NCBI RefSeq assembly: GCF_003704095.1 | Contig: NW_020845073.1 | Span: 1,178,001-1,242,000, forward strand | DNA length: 64,000 bases | Direction: 5' to 3' | Source: Pocillopora damicornis | Lineage: Eukaryota | In this document: positions 35,026 through 49,191 of the stretch, in pieces | Layout of the letters: the number at the start of each line of letters is the position of its first letter | Position numbering within the stretch: the first letter of the stretch is position 1 | The notes under the pieces: generated by a model | Seen by the model: the letters and a program-made list of their open reading frames with translations, nothing else | The model's database searches: none | Told to the model about the DNA's origin: nothing | Program-made: the position numbers and the translations under genes

Positions 35026-36447
35026 ACAAAAGACGCGATCCGGCAAGGCAGCTTCAAGAAGGTCGAAGAGTTAGAATCCATTTGCGAAATAACGAATTGT
35101 ATTTTTCTACAATTGAAGGAAATGATCCTGTTTTCTTGTCATGGCAGTTTTCCTGAGTCGTTCTTATTTTGGGAGAGATTTTAATCTAGCGGTCGTTCAG
35201 CAAAGGATAACTTTTCAAGTTGAAGTCCAAATCCCGAAGTTATCCAGTTTAAATGATATTATAAAATTAAAAGTTTATTAGTTGAATTCACAATTTTGGA
35301 ATTTCGTTAATGAGGCATTAGATGCCATTCTTAGGGATGAGATCTTGGTTCATTTTTTATCGATATGAATTAATATTAAAACCATTTTTTTAACAAAAAA
35401 GGGTTTTTTAAGAATTGTGACTGAAATTTCGTTTTCAATAAGGCAATTATGGCGTAGAGTTTAAAAGAATGTTCAGTTACAATGATCAAATAAAAAATTG
35501 TTTTAGTGCTTTTAGAAGATGATTGTCCCAGTTTTGTTGTAATTTGTTTAGGTGTCAGTGCACTAGAGATCGCTTATTGCAACAGCTTACAGTTTCGTGG
35601 AGTGTATAGGAGCGTATGAATGAGTTCTCTTGTTTCTGGTGGCAGTACCTTTTACCAATACGAAAAACAGGGAAATAATAGACATCTTTGGTTTGACAGT
35701 GTTCTTGTAAGTGGGAATTTCTAATTTAGACCGCACAGTACTTTTAATCGATCTGTTGACTCGAATGCGAAAACTGCTCTTGAGTCGTGTAAACCACGCA
35801 TATGTAAAAAAGAAAGTATGAATTTGGCATTTAGGGTAGATCAGGGTAAACAACATGGCAACTTAGCCAATCGGATTGTCCTGTTCTGTCAGATCCTTGA
35901 ATATTTCATATCTCAGATGGGCTAAAATGGTGGACAGGGATCAACCATTGACCAGAGACATAATCCAAGGGTATTGGAGCAGCTTAAGGGTGAACTATTC
36001 AGGGATTAAAGATCTGTCGACATTTTATTACAGCTTGAAAAAAATGTCAGGACATAGAGGAGAGAAGTTATTGTTACAATAGACTCAGTCAGACCAGTGT
36101 GACAGAACTCCTTTTTTTTTTTCGTTAAAGTGTGATTATTGCCTTTTACGCGCTGATTTTAGACCGTCAAAATGCTTAACCCACGACGTAACGGTTTGAA
36201 ATCGAGACACTCGAACGGCTTTCAAATCAATGACCATTACGGAATTTCTAGGAACATTTTGATCTAAAAGAAAACTTTTAGGAATCATAATATGCCTGTT
36301 GTAGTTCAGAACGTATTTTCTCATGGTGCACACTTGAAGAAACAGTCCAATATATGTTTCATTAGTTGATATATTGTGGAGGGGCCCGCATCACGGAAGT
36401 TCTTTTTGTTTTCTACGAAGTAACTATGGAGAATAACACTATCGAAG

Positions 36448-36459
36448 TATGACGTCATA
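36448..36459. promoter_or_regulatory. Perfect CRE palindrome (TATGACGTCATA) in the ADAM10 proximal upstream region
   Basis: TGACGTCA at 36450-36457, ~210 bp before the ATG; ETS-like CGGAAGT at ~36394. Confidence 0.45.
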
Positions 36460-36664
36460 GCTGCTTACGATCGTGATCATGCGCATTATTCCCAAGGGAG
36501 TGAGAATGAGTTGAGATTTCGAATTTTGAAAAATTATATATCTTTCACCGCCATTCCTTCAGACTTAGAAACTGCAGTCTTCTTAAGATCAACATAGAAC
36601 CTTATATATTGACAGGACCTTTGATATTGCGCCTTCTCGTGCGGGAACCTCGCGGTTACGAACC

Positions 36665-39600
36665 ATGGCAGCTTCACAAGTTTGTTTTGCTTCTCTCATA
36701 CTCCTCACAAGTTATGTTGTGGCATATCGTAAGTTGAAATTTGTTTGTGGTTTTTTCATCCCTTCGTATTAAACTGCATTTCCTTTGAAATATGAATTCC
36801 CACATAATGTCGGTGTTTGGGTTTAATAGGACGGCCGCTGGGAGATTTTATAAACCACTACGAGACTTTAAATTATGACACGGCTCCAGTTGTCCAGCAA
36901 CACGGTCGAGTGAGGCGTTCAAGTCCAAACAGCGATCATGTGGTTGAATTACACTTAAAAACTAAACAGAGGTAAGAACCAACGTCTAAGTCGTATTCCA
37001 GGGAATTTTGATCTAGTAGAAACACTTCAAAGACGCAAATAACTTTAAAGTCGTTTCCAAGTTACATGCTGAAAGAAGGGCTGCGATTACATCTCCCGTC
37101 TTACTTGTCTCCTAACTAAAGCTTCGATTGTATATAAACAATGTGAGGAATTAAATTCTTTATGTTATTAGAACCAAAGTCATACTTTCTTTTATTCAAA
37201 ACTGACTTAACACAAAAGCTAAAGCATAATACAAGGGAGGTCCCTTGAGCATAGGAGCACAGCAATCCGTGTTATAATTTGAGGTGTGTTATGTCTTTCT
37301 TCTTAGTAAACCTTGAGTAGTTCCCCATACGGAGTGCTATTATACTTTTTTAGACTTTTTTAGCTCTGGTAGTTAAGAACACTCGGACTTGATTTTTCAC
37401 GGACATAGGCCAAGGGTGACCTCTTTTCTTCTTGCAGACCCCATTTAAGTCATGTCTCTCACATAAGGCTTTCACTATATGAAGTAATTTTGGATTAACA
37501 AAGAGCATGCATCTTTAAACATTCCTCAGGGTATTGTACATTGTTAATTTGGAAACATGCAAGTACCTTCAGATAAAATCATTTGGCTAATAACATCTGT
37601 CTACTTCCCCATACAGAAGTCATCTTATAATTTAGCTTACAAATATATTATTTTGCTGGTCTTGAAGGGTCATGTAAAATTACAACTCTGCCCTTCAGAT
37701 GACTTAATGAAATGAAGCATGCACAGTAGAAAGCATGTTTCTCAAGTTTTAATGCCCACAATTATTTTGTTGTTAATGCGAACTGAATGATATTGAGGTT
37801 GACTTGGCCACAACCAAGTGTGAAAAGGGCTTTAGGTATGGGCATGTGTTAGAGAATATGTCCTTGCAAATAATGCAAGTGACAGCTCACCTGACAGCTA
37901 AGCAATACACTACCATTTGGGACCCTCTTTAGATAACACTTGGTTTTATATTTAATGAGGATGAATTGCTGAAAAAGGTCACTCATTACAATCAAATTTG
38001 TAAGTTTAAAGTTATTATATGAAAAAGGTAATCATGTTGGATCAGCCATCCTTTCTGTAAAGCAATCCTTGTTAAGACCCAAGTTGATTGGTCTGCAGGG
38101 TTGATATTTTACAGTTGTTTTATATAAACTCTGAATATGGTTTTCTTGTCACAGAGATTTTAAGCTTCGTCTCAGAAGGGATACAGAACTTTTTACAGAT
38201 GACTTTAGTGCAGATGCTTACTTTGATCCTGCTAAAGTGGTTGCAGGGGATGTAGAAGGTACTTGAAAGTTGTGTGTTATCAGTGTCTGAAGAACCTCAT
38301 TGCATATGCTGTAAAATGCTGTGTTACTTATAATCAACAACAGTATTTAGAGGAAAGAAGGCAACAGTCTCCTTAGCTAGAAGTTAGTCTTTATGGCAAC
38401 CAAGCAGGATCACTTCTTCAGGCACTTGTCAAATCAGTCAACTAACACCCAAAGAGTTGGTTGGGGAATGGTCAAATTGAGCATAAGTACCCATCAATTC
38501 CCTTCCAAATTCCTTGGGGCACACCAAATCCCATCCATAAAAGTAGCCGTATAGCATTAGTTTTAACCTTACCTAAACTTCAATCAATTTAAAATTTTGT
38601 AGCACTCTTGTACCAGTACAATTTGTGTAAATCAACTTGTGTGGACTCTTTGTGCTTTAATTTTCCTGCATTTTGAAGCGTGTGTTAAAAACTGACAACT
38701 CTATGCAAGTTCATCACAGACAAACTGCAATGTGAATAATTTTAGGAGAGAAGTTAGCTTCAAAGGGTATTTAGTGGTCATTCAGGTTGGAAAATAGAGA
38801 CTGCATCTCTCCACTTTCACCTCTACAATCTACATTTGTATTTTAGTGGCTCACTTGCATGATTTGTTTATTGTGTGTGTATTTGAGTGTGTGAAATCAC
38901 ATAATTTCAGTTACATGGGCAAATGCCTTTATGGATTTTGTTTGATATGCACTGACAACATAATTTTTTTTCTTGTTTTACAATCAGGACACAAGAAATC
39001 TCTTGTTCATGGTTTTATTTCTGATGATGGCGTCTTCGAGGGTAAAATTCATGTAGGAGATGACGAGTATTTTGTGGAGTCCGCCAAGGAATATTTCAAG
39101 GATGAGCCCAATGACTTCCACTCGGTTATTTATAAAAGCAGAGATGTGAATTATCCTCATGCCTATGGTCCAGGTTGTGGAGTATCAGAGAAAACCAAGA
39201 AGTGGATGGATAAAGTTAAAAGGTACATATAAATTGTACACTTAAATAGAGACATCTTTATAACACGGGAAGTGTGGGATATCAATCATACTCATTTGAC
39301 TCACTAGTTGTTACTTATCACTTTTGTATATCAATGTCAGTGCCAATACATTAAGCTACATGTGATAGACTTTGCTAATTTCTCAGCATTTTTCACTTGT
39401 GGGCTGCCTTTCTTTATTTGTGGTTTTAGACTGAGATGAGTGATGAATAATACATGTAGACTGATTGAGAGAATTGATACCAGGGACCTTTAACATTTTG
39501 GCATTATTTATTTCAAAACAAATCAAAGGAATTTCTGAATTATTTTGGAAACTGTTCATATACATGTACATGTATCAGTAATACATGTATTTGAACCTGC

Positions 39601-42600
39601 TCCCAGCATCTTTGTCATGCAAGAGAAACCAATTTTAGATAAACAATATAAAAATATGATATTGTATATTTGACAATTCAACACAAAGAAGTGTTGATTT
39701 GAAGAAATCAAGAGCAAACTGACAGTCAGAACCTCTTTGATTCTCAATTTTTGCTTTTTGATTGACTCAACCAGGTCAGCAGTGACAGGGAAGGTGGCAG
39801 TCAAGGAGGATCACACCCAATATGAACCAGTCCTATACAGATATCGCAGGGCAGCAGGAGACATTGATCCCAAAAAGTTGTCTTGTACTTTGAAGATGCA
39901 AGTGAGTAAATTGTTCAATTGATGTCACACAAATGGGAATCTAGGTCCACTGATTGTGTTATTTTAATGTTGAAGTACTACAAAGTAGTTACAAGGGTCA
40001 GTTACACAGCCCTGACCTATCCAATTACAGGAAGTGAGCCATGAATTCCATTATGGTTTTAAAGCCTTTTTTCATCTTTGCTTGCTTTATTCCTAAGAAC
40101 TAATTACTGTAATTGAATTAAATTGATTGAAATCGGGGTTTCCTGAAATGTGATTAGTTATTTTGTCAAACAGTGATTGAAGTAGTGAGTCTGTTAGTAT
40201 TATTTTAAATAGCATTGTTCTTTACAATAAAGGAAGCTAATCACATAACAGTTCAAGTGTACTTTGTCTTTTAATTAAGGATCCGATTCATGAGGTGTTT
40301 GTTTCTTGATCAAAACACCTTCGGTATTTTTCCTTGTGTTCAGTTGTTGCATCAGTTGCCACAAGTCTTGAAATCTAAATCTCCTTTTAAAAATATTGGC
40401 AACTGCTCATGTACTTTTCTGAGTAACTAACCTTTTACTTGTTAGAGGAGAATAGCTGGTTGTAACATTGCCAATTAATTGTCTCATGTAATATAATTCT
40501 ATATCCTAAGCTTATTATACTTTTTCCAAAATATAATATCACAACAAAAAACTTACCAAAACACAATCACTTTACAGTGATTGACATTGATAGTGTTTTT
40601 TTGGTAGTTTCATGTACATGTGCTTTATGATTGATGCACTACCTGTGCATGTTGGTGTTGCAGTTCAAGATCATTTTGGAATTCTGACAAATTCAAAAGG
40701 AAAATACAAATTTCCAGTAATCAAGAGGTTACCCTTACATGTAATCCTTACAGTGCCTCTCTGCAAGAGGGAGTTGAAAATTTTTTAATACCAGTATATT
40801 GTAAGAGAATTGGTAGCCATGAAATGGACAGAAATCCTGTTCAAGGAGTTATAGCACACTTATTTTAGTGTTGTTGAGCTTCTAAAACTGGGATGAGGTG
40901 AGACAGAATGAATCTTTGAGCTTCTAAGCTTAATTTGCCTAAACCTATCAAAACTTTCAAGAATAAAAATCAGCTTCCTTTCATATTTAAACAAAAAGGA
41001 AAAATGTCTCTTTTTGCAGCTTTCATTAAAAATGATTCCCTTGCTTTGCAGGCCGATCATTTGTTCACAGAAAACATGGCTGGTGGAAATAAGGAGAGAG
41101 CAATGTTACTGATGGCAGAACATGTCAAGGCTGCAAATTCTATTTTCAAAAACACAGACTTCAGTGATGATAATAAAGCTGACGGTAAAGTAATCACTTA
41201 ATATATATACCCTACTACACCACTTACTTGTTCATTCTGAAGTTAGATGATGCTAATAAGACAACTGACATGTATCATCCTGAGTGCAGACTACAAGCTC
41301 ATTGTTGTTCAAATTCACTATTTGGTGACCTGGAATCATAAGGAGGTGAAAAGAAACAACATTTTGTTCACCTGGAAATAAAACAAACACAAAAAGAAAA
41401 GACTGAACATAAACAAGATTGAAACATATTGAGTTGCTGGTGATGGTTATTGGAGTTGTAAGGGACCTCTCAAGACATAACATACATTCAGACAATTGAG
41501 GGGAAAGTGACAGTGTGATATTAAAGAAAAATAAACACAAAAGCATGAAAGACTGCTAATAAGCAACTCCTTCAAAGCTGCTTACATCTTAGAACTCAAA
41601 GATCTAGCTGTTAGATAGTTAATGACAATGTTCTACAAGGGCATGCACTGACAAAAATGACCACTGACCAAATGAGGCTGATGATCTTCTTGTGTTGCCA
41701 GTAAGAAGTATTTAGAGATTGGGCTTGGTTTAAAATGCAATGCAAATTTTTTCCTATCAGGCATTGAATTTCAAATCCAGAGAATGTTTGCCAATGGGAC
41801 TGCTGAAGCAAATGATGGAGGGAACCCTTACAGAGATAGCAACATTGGAGTGGAAAAGCTCCTTGAGCTGAACTCTGAGGAGAACCATGATGATGTATGC
41901 CTGTCATACATTTTTACCTACAGAGATTTTGCAGATGGTGTGTTAGGACTTGCATGGGTTGGTGAAGCAGGTAATAAGAACTTTTATATTAAGGGTTGGT
42001 TATGTAACTCTATCCCTATGCCAGTTGCTACAGTGCCTGGGTAAGATACATGCTGTACATGAATGTGACCCCCTAATTCCACTAACAGTACCTGTTAAGG
42101 GCATTGTTGAGTATTGCATGACATTACATCTGTTTTCAGCTAAAAATCTTTGATATTTGGAACCAACAGTACCACCTACTACTTTACAATACATTTCAGA
42201 GCACGTAAATTTTGACATAACATTGAGGGGCTCATGGTTATAGTAATACCAAACCATCAATATGGCTGATCACTTTGATAAATCCAAAGACTCTTTCACA
42301 TCAGCATCCGTTTATTGGATTTCTTACAAAATCGATGTACTACAACATGTTTATAATACTGTTACAGTAGCCTCTTTTACTTGAAATTTAAACATGTAGA
42401 GGAATCCTGAAATAAAAGCTGCTATTCTGTTCACTCTTGTTGTCTAAATGTTTCAAATGACCACAGCTAGGTCAGTGCTGTACATGCTTCATTGCTTTTT
42501 TACCTTCTCAGGTATAAGTGTTATTTATTTTTCATTTATCATAAGGTGGAGCTGCAGGGGGGATTTGTGAAAAGGCTACTTCATTTAGAGATGGCAAAAC

Positions 42601-45600
42601 AAAAAGTTTGAACACTGGAGTTGTCACATTTGTCAATTATAACAAGAAAGTGTTACGAAAAGTCTCTGAGATCACCTTTGCACATGAAGCTGGCCATAAC
42701 TTTGGCTCACCAGTAAGTTTTAATGATGTCTGTTTGTATTAATTCGCATACATGGTCGCTGTAATGATCATTCTTACTTATACATGTACTTGTGAAGAGC
42801 TTCTGGTAAACTTAGGACATTAGTTTGGGCATTTTTTATCAAATAATATAGCTGCGGGTAAAAAGGGATGATAAACCTTTTAAAATGAAAAAAGGAAAGG
42901 AGAAAAAAAGTTGTTCATAATACTAGCAAGCACCATAGTCAAGAAATGTCATAATTCCACAAAGCATACAAGAACTCTTGAACTCTTCAATATTATATAC
43001 TCATGAAAATGTAATGCCTAGTGGTTTTACAGGGTGAAAATCAAATAGTTTTAACTTTTAGCCTGCAAATTCAAGGGTCTGGCAAGGATCTTCAAGAGGT
43101 GTCGTGCTGTTTCACACCAGGGTGCTTGCCAGATTGTCATGGTGATACCCAAACTTTTTATTTACTGTAGGGGGTGAGGGAGGGGAAGTGGTTAACCAAA
43201 ATAATAGCTTGGTGAAGTTCCAGATAACTGACAGTAAATTACTCTCTGAATGTTTTAGTCCTACTGTTCATCAGTCAGAATGAATGAGAAAGCATGGATG
43301 TTAAGTAGTTAAAGTGTTGATGTTGTAAACTGGGCACCCTGCGCCAGGATTCCCCCACCTTTTCTGCATGGAATGTACCTTTAAAACTACTTGACTGTGT
43401 GGAGTTTTTGTCCAGTTGTCTGACAACATTTCTTTTTAAACTCCCAGCACGACAGTACTCCTGAATGTGCCCCAGGAGGATCTGATGGGAATTACATCAT
43501 GTTTGCAAGAGCTACAAGTGGAGACCAAAAGAACAACAGACTTTTTTCACCATGTAGCAGGACAAAAATGAACGAGGTGATGAATGTCAAGGGGCGATGT
43601 ACTGAAAATTCCTGTTGCTTTGGAGGTAAATAGTGCAGCATTTTCTCCTTGTTTAGTGTGTTATGTTTGGGGCTTTCACATGTGGCATGCTATAAAAGAT
43701 AAATTCAAGGCCAGTCAAAGGGTACAGTCAACAACCTGGAACATGGTAGAGTTTGATACATGTACAGCTACATGTATAAGCAACTGTGCTTAGATTTAGA
43801 CCTGTATATTCTGGCATACAACTGTACATGTAGGTTGTAGCAGCAGGGATACAAGAGCTGGAATTTGGCAGAAGCAGCTGTAGAGTTTTTCTATTAAATT
43901 GACAAGCTTTCTCTCTCCTGGATTACTGATAGTGATGAATACCAGTACTTCATCTCAAAAGTTAAAGCTTCAAAGAATAGCATCTCATCTACAAAACATC
44001 TTTTTCTGTTACTCGTGAAATGCAAAATACTTGGAATTTCAGTGCACTCTACCAAGAAAATAAGAAGAAAATGTTGAACGAAAAAAGTTGTGTAATGATA
44101 AGAGCTGAGCAGCTTTATATCCTATAAAGTGTAGAACTTGAAAGAATGAGTTATTATGTTCTTCAACATGTAAAGTACAACAATAGCCTGTTGTGAATCA
44201 AATTATCTTGACCAAGGACAGCAGCTATTCTTTAATGAGTGGTTTTTGCACTTTGGTGTTGAATTTTTTTCCTTTGTCCATTTCAGAGGCTCAGGGAGCC
44301 ATCTGTGGCAACAAGGTTACAGAAGATGGGGAGGAGTGTGACTGTGGTTATAAAACTGATGATTCATGTAAGAAGGACACATGTTGTTTGGGTCGTGACA
44401 CTCAAAGCAAAGGAAGTGGCTGTAAGCGAAGGAAAAATGCAACATGCAGGTTGGTTAATCATTTTATTGTTTAACATACATCTCATTACTAAAATGTTAC
44501 CCACAAATTTGAATCATGGTTGTGTAGTTGCTTGATGGTCATGGATCATTCTCTAAAAAACTAGCTGAAAATTTCATTTTGTACTACACACCTGGAAATA
44601 TAATTAAATTGAAACTGTCATTTCTCTGATCATTTGAATTGAGTCAGCTTAACATTTTCCTAATACCTTATTTATTTCATTGCAAAGACACACAGTGACT
44701 AAATGGGTAGCTTACTGTACTTTAAAAGTACAGGTTCAGTTCCTGTCTGCACTGTAGATTATTCTGGAAGGTAAATGTTGATGGGCTCCATTAAACTGTC
44801 AAGTGACCCTGAGAGAATTCAGGGGTTTAACCTGGAATTCATACGTAACATCCCTGGCCCTCTAGTCCCTCTGTACAACTGAAACTAGGAGAAGCCCTGG
44901 CAGTAAGCTCAAGAACAGTTGTGATGATGTTTTCTGCTAATCCAGTTATGACTTAAGTGTGCTGTGTCTTTTTGTGGGAATTAGTGTTACTGATGAGGAA
45001 TTTTAAATTAGGGCCCACAAGTTTTTGAGTTGGGTGTATTAGATGAGGTTGTATTTCCCTGGCAAAACTCTACACATTAATTTATTCATTGTGGTACATT
45101 GTAGATAGTTCACAGGAGCTTTTTAATAAAAGGTTACGAATTGACTTTCATTTGTTTAGGCTGTCATATTCTAGTTTCTCTTACAGAATCAACCTCTTTG
45201 ATCAAGAGATAATTGCTATAACAGTCACCCTTAAGGAGAAAGAGCATGTTAAATACATATTTGTGTTCTTTTCCAGCCCAAGTGAAGGTCTTTGCTGCAG
45301 TTACAATTGCACTCCACACAAACAAACTGTGTTGTGTCTTAATGAGACAGAGTGTGCCAACCGTTCCTATTGCAAGTATCCTTTCTGTACATGTGTGCAT
45401 TCAACGTTGTACTTTATTTCCATAACCATTCCATTTCTCACGGCATGTTGTCCTGGTTCTTCAAAAGGAGGGTTTTGGATGAGCAGCAATTGACCTTTGA
45501 CCATTAAAGAACCAGGTTCATTCAAATGCATCATTGACTAATCTTAAGTTCCAAATGGGTGGATAGTGTTTTCTTTTCTTTTTATTCTTTCCTTTTTTTA

Positions 45601-48137
45601 TTTTATCCTGCTTTGTCATGGATGTAAACAAAGTTGAGAAACTATAGAAAGCCAAAGCAGCAAGGGAGAACAACATTGGGCCAACACTAGGCCAACATTA
45701 GGCCAACATTGGCCCAACACTAGGCCAACATTAGGTCATTTTGACTGGACAAGCTTACATGTATATATTTAACCCTTTGCACCCTCCACATTCCATACAT
45801 TTCCTTATAAGGAGAAGTTAAGTGTCAATCAAGAGCTTCTGTAAAAGGTGCTCGTTTCCTTTACTGTCATGATTATAATCTTGGTTCAAGAGAAATTTGA
45901 TGCTAGTCACCCCACCCACCCTCGGGGGCCAAAGGGTGAAGTGTTGCCGAAAGCTGGCTTAAAGCAACTTATTTCATAGGAAAAAAGAAAGCAGTCATGG
46001 GTGGAGGGAAAATGCTCATGAATGAAAAATTGAATTTAAAAAAAAAAAAGCAATTTATTTCACATGAATAAGAAAGGCCGTCCCCGTGGTTAGCCAATCA
46101 GGACATAGAAAACCTTCGTCTTACTCATCCCCATTTCACTCGTCCATGGATTTCCCTCAGCTGTACCTTCATGCCAGGAATTTTTAGTTTTATGACACTA
46201 TTGACAAGGGAGGCAAACGATGTTACGCTGTAGTCTTGTAAGTTTTGTTTACTCCAGATTATATAGAACTCCGAGCAACACTGCAGCAACACATTGCATT
46301 TGTTGTTTATGTTTGTTGTTGGTATTTTCCTTAATGTTTTTTTTTTTTCAAAGTGGAATTAATGCTACCTGTCCTGCTCCGGACCCTAAAGCGAATCTCA
46401 CCTTGTGTAACAACGAAAGACAAGTTTGCCTTCAGGGAGTAAGTTTTAGAGTTCTCGTTTGTGCTACTGAGTAGGAGTTTCGAGGTAGGGTGGTTACCTT
46501 TATCAGAACTTTAGCAGGTTAGGCTGGTCTTTTCGTGAAGAAAGTCCATGATTAGACTGCATTGTCCTGCCCTATCTTCCAATTCAGTAATTGCATCCTT
46601 TATTTGGTGATGAAATGTTCATAAAAGTTATAAAAAATATTAAACTGGTTAACTGATCTTGTCAGTCAGTGAACAAAGATGTGTTCCCTTCTAATTTTAG
46701 CGGCCTCGGTCCTAGTCCTGGTCTCGGCTGCACCGACAGAAAATCAGGAAATTATAAAAATTTTAAAAAAAAATCAAACTTAGGTATTTTTCAGATAGTT
46801 CTTCTCAGACATGAATTGTCGAAATTCCTTCGAAACAAATTTTCTGCGCATTGATTGAAGATATATCATGGGCTGTTCAGACTAAAACTACCGTACTTGA
46901 GTTTTTCGTCTGAGTACAATGTTCCTTCTGTAATTGTTATCCTTATTCCGCAGTTAGATTATACAACTCCCATACAGTTTTTTGACACGTTTCTACAGCT
47001 GCAACGCTCGGAGTTCTGCATGCTCGAATTCCGCAAACAGTAGTAGAGTGCAGTAAAACGCTCGGTTGAGAAGTTCTGTCTACATGGTAAACTAGCTTGT
47101 TAACCTGTGTGATTATTATTGTGGTTTTTTTTTTTTTTTTTTTACTGTTTCTGTATAGGAATGCAGCGGTTCAATTTGCTTAAAGTTCAACAAGTTGGAG
47201 TGCCAGTGTACACAAGAAGATCATCTCTGTGATTTGTGCTGCAAAGACGGTGAAAAAGGCACATGCTTGCCGGCCAGTGAGATTGAAGAAATGAAGAAGG
47301 GAAAAAATCTGAAACAATTTCCCGGCGCGCCGTGCAATGACTTCAATGGTTACTGTGATGTTTTCCTTAAGTGCCGCGCGGTGGACGCAGACGGGCCTTT
47401 GTCACGTCTAAAGAACAAGTTCTTCAGCAAGGAGGCCATCAAGGGATACTTAGATTGGATCAAAGAGTATTGGTGGGCGGTGGTGCTTATGGGTGTAGGT
47501 CTCATTCTTCTCATGGCAGGTACAGTGAACGAGTTAAATCTCTGCCTCTCCAAATATGTTTTATAGAATTCAGTGCTGCTGAGAAGTATGCTTCAAAATA
47601 ATGAAAGGGATGTCTCCGCAATTCAAAAGTTTGTAAGAAATTAGAACTCTGACCGGTTTTAAGATCCTAGAGAGGAACTCAAACTTTCGAAATTGTCTTC
47701 AAATGTTGCTAACATGTTTGAAAAGTTGGGGATTAGAAGCATTCTAGCCTCAAATAATTATTTTTAACGATAATTAGGGTGCTAGCTGTCGGTAAAACGC
47801 GCGTTGTGGTTTGACGTATGCGGCCAGATTACTAACACGTTTACAATAAAGCGGCGTCTTAAGTGAATCACTCCTCTTTCTGACAACTTACACGTTATAT
47901 CGTCCTTCCTTACCGCTAGGCTTCATCAAGGTTTGCAGCGTTCACACGCCGAGCAGTAACCCGAACCGAAAGCCACATCGTCAGCTCACACTCCGCCGTC
48001 AACAACAACGTAACCGACCTAACCAGAGAGGTCGACAGATGGAGCCAGGCAACCGAGGAAACCCCCGGCATGGATACAACGGATACGAGGATCCGCCACC
48101 GTACCCCGGGGCCCCCATCCAAATGCATGGTCGTTGA
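36665..48137 (+). CDS. ADAM10: Disintegrin and metalloproteinase domain-containing protein 10 (Kuzbanian ortholog), 761 aa
   Basis: 14 exons: 36665-36728, 36830-36971, 38155-38258, 38988-39222, 39775-39901, 41052-41184, 41761-41970, 42546-42712, 43448-43625, 44287-44449, 45277-45375, 46354-46438, 47159-47519, 47920-48137 (2286 nt). Signal peptide; furin sites RVRR and RYRR; '[17 protein letters not shown]'; Zn motif [10 protein letters not shown]|H; Met-turn '[13 protein letters not shown]'; disintegrin '[15 protein letters not shown]'; '[27 protein letters not shown]'; TM '[18 protein letters not shown]'; '[13 protein letters not shown]'. Confidence 0.96.
45376..46353 (+). other. U12-type (minor spliceosome) GT-AG intron, ADAM10 intron 11
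   Basis: 5' site GTATCCTTT (45376-45384); branch-site TTCCTTAAT (46327-46335) close to the AG; the splice restores the frame (YC-N-GINATCP). Confidence 0.85.
45671..45737. repeat. 11-bp tandem repeat (CCAACA(C/T)TAGG-like) x ~6
   Basis: Directly visible. Confidence 0.85.
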
Positions 48138-48251
48138 CGCGATTTTTCAGGTGGCTGGTTTAGTATTAGCTAATTTGATAACTATTTGTACACTTTAAAA
48201 ATGGGCCTTTGTATTTTTGTTGTTCAGTTGAAGTTCAATGTTTGCTCGAGC

Positions 48252-48463
48252 TTAACCCTTTAACTCCCAAGATCTGCTTGTCAATTCTCCCCTCTAGCTG
48301 CCATACATTTCTTTGTAAATTAGTTATGAGAACTTGGTGCTAGATCAAGATGGCAGCTTCCACCTGATAAGTTTGAATATTCTCATAAACTGTTTGCCGA
48401 AGAATGTAAGGATATTTTAGGGAGAAGTTTCATGCTAATCACTTGTGGGAGTTAAAGGGTTAA
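48252..48463 (+). mobile_element. piggyBac-like MITE 115 bp downstream of the ADAM10 stop
   Basis: Perfect TTAA-CCCTTTAACTCCCA / TGGGAGTTAAAGGG-TTAA ends. Confidence 0.92.
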
Positions 48464-48980
48464 GTAAAGGTTAGTCCTGTTCACCCCTTTTGAAATGTCA
48501 CGCAATCCCAATTCGTCACGTTGCTGCATGATTGCTTAAGTCACACACTGAGAAGGATTCACCTAAATTTTTTTTTTGTTTTTTCTTTTGTGAGCTTGAA
48601 TAATAATGACAACAATCGCTACAACGTTCATGTTCACCGGCATCGATATCGAATATTCGTGAAGAGACATATTTGCATGTCTTTGCATCTTGAAGGTTTT
48701 GATGTATTTTCCTTGATTATTATTAAATATGTCTTTTTCATTTCATAGAAAGTCTGCAAAAAAAATTGTCTTTCCTGAGACCTAGGGAAAGTTATCTATA
48801 TCAAAGAATTGGAAAGTAGAGAAAAATTAGTCTTAAAAGAATTTCGGAAAAAACAGAAGATTATATGACCGTTTTAGCTTGAGGTCGAAAAATATACTAG
48901 GCATGTGCGATGCGAGCTCCATCGCAATCAGGTGAGCTTTGAGGTGTGTGGTGTACTTGTTCACTTGTAGCTTTTCTTAG

Positions 48981-49191
48981 TTAACCCTTTCACTCCCATG
49001 AGTAATCAAGACAGAATTTCTCCTTACGGTATCAACACAATGTCAAACAGACTAGTGAGGAGAATAAGAAAAACATCAGTTAGGGGATTATTGGTTGATC
49101 TAAGACTAAATTCCCTGAACCAACATTATGAGAAGGGTATGGCCGACAGTGAGGAGAATTACTCATGAGATCTTGGGAGTGAAATGGTTAA
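48981..49191 (-). mobile_element. piggyBac-like MITE, subfamily 2, inverted
   Basis: TTAACCCTTTCACTCCCA ... TGGGAGTGAAATGGTTAA. Confidence 0.85.
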
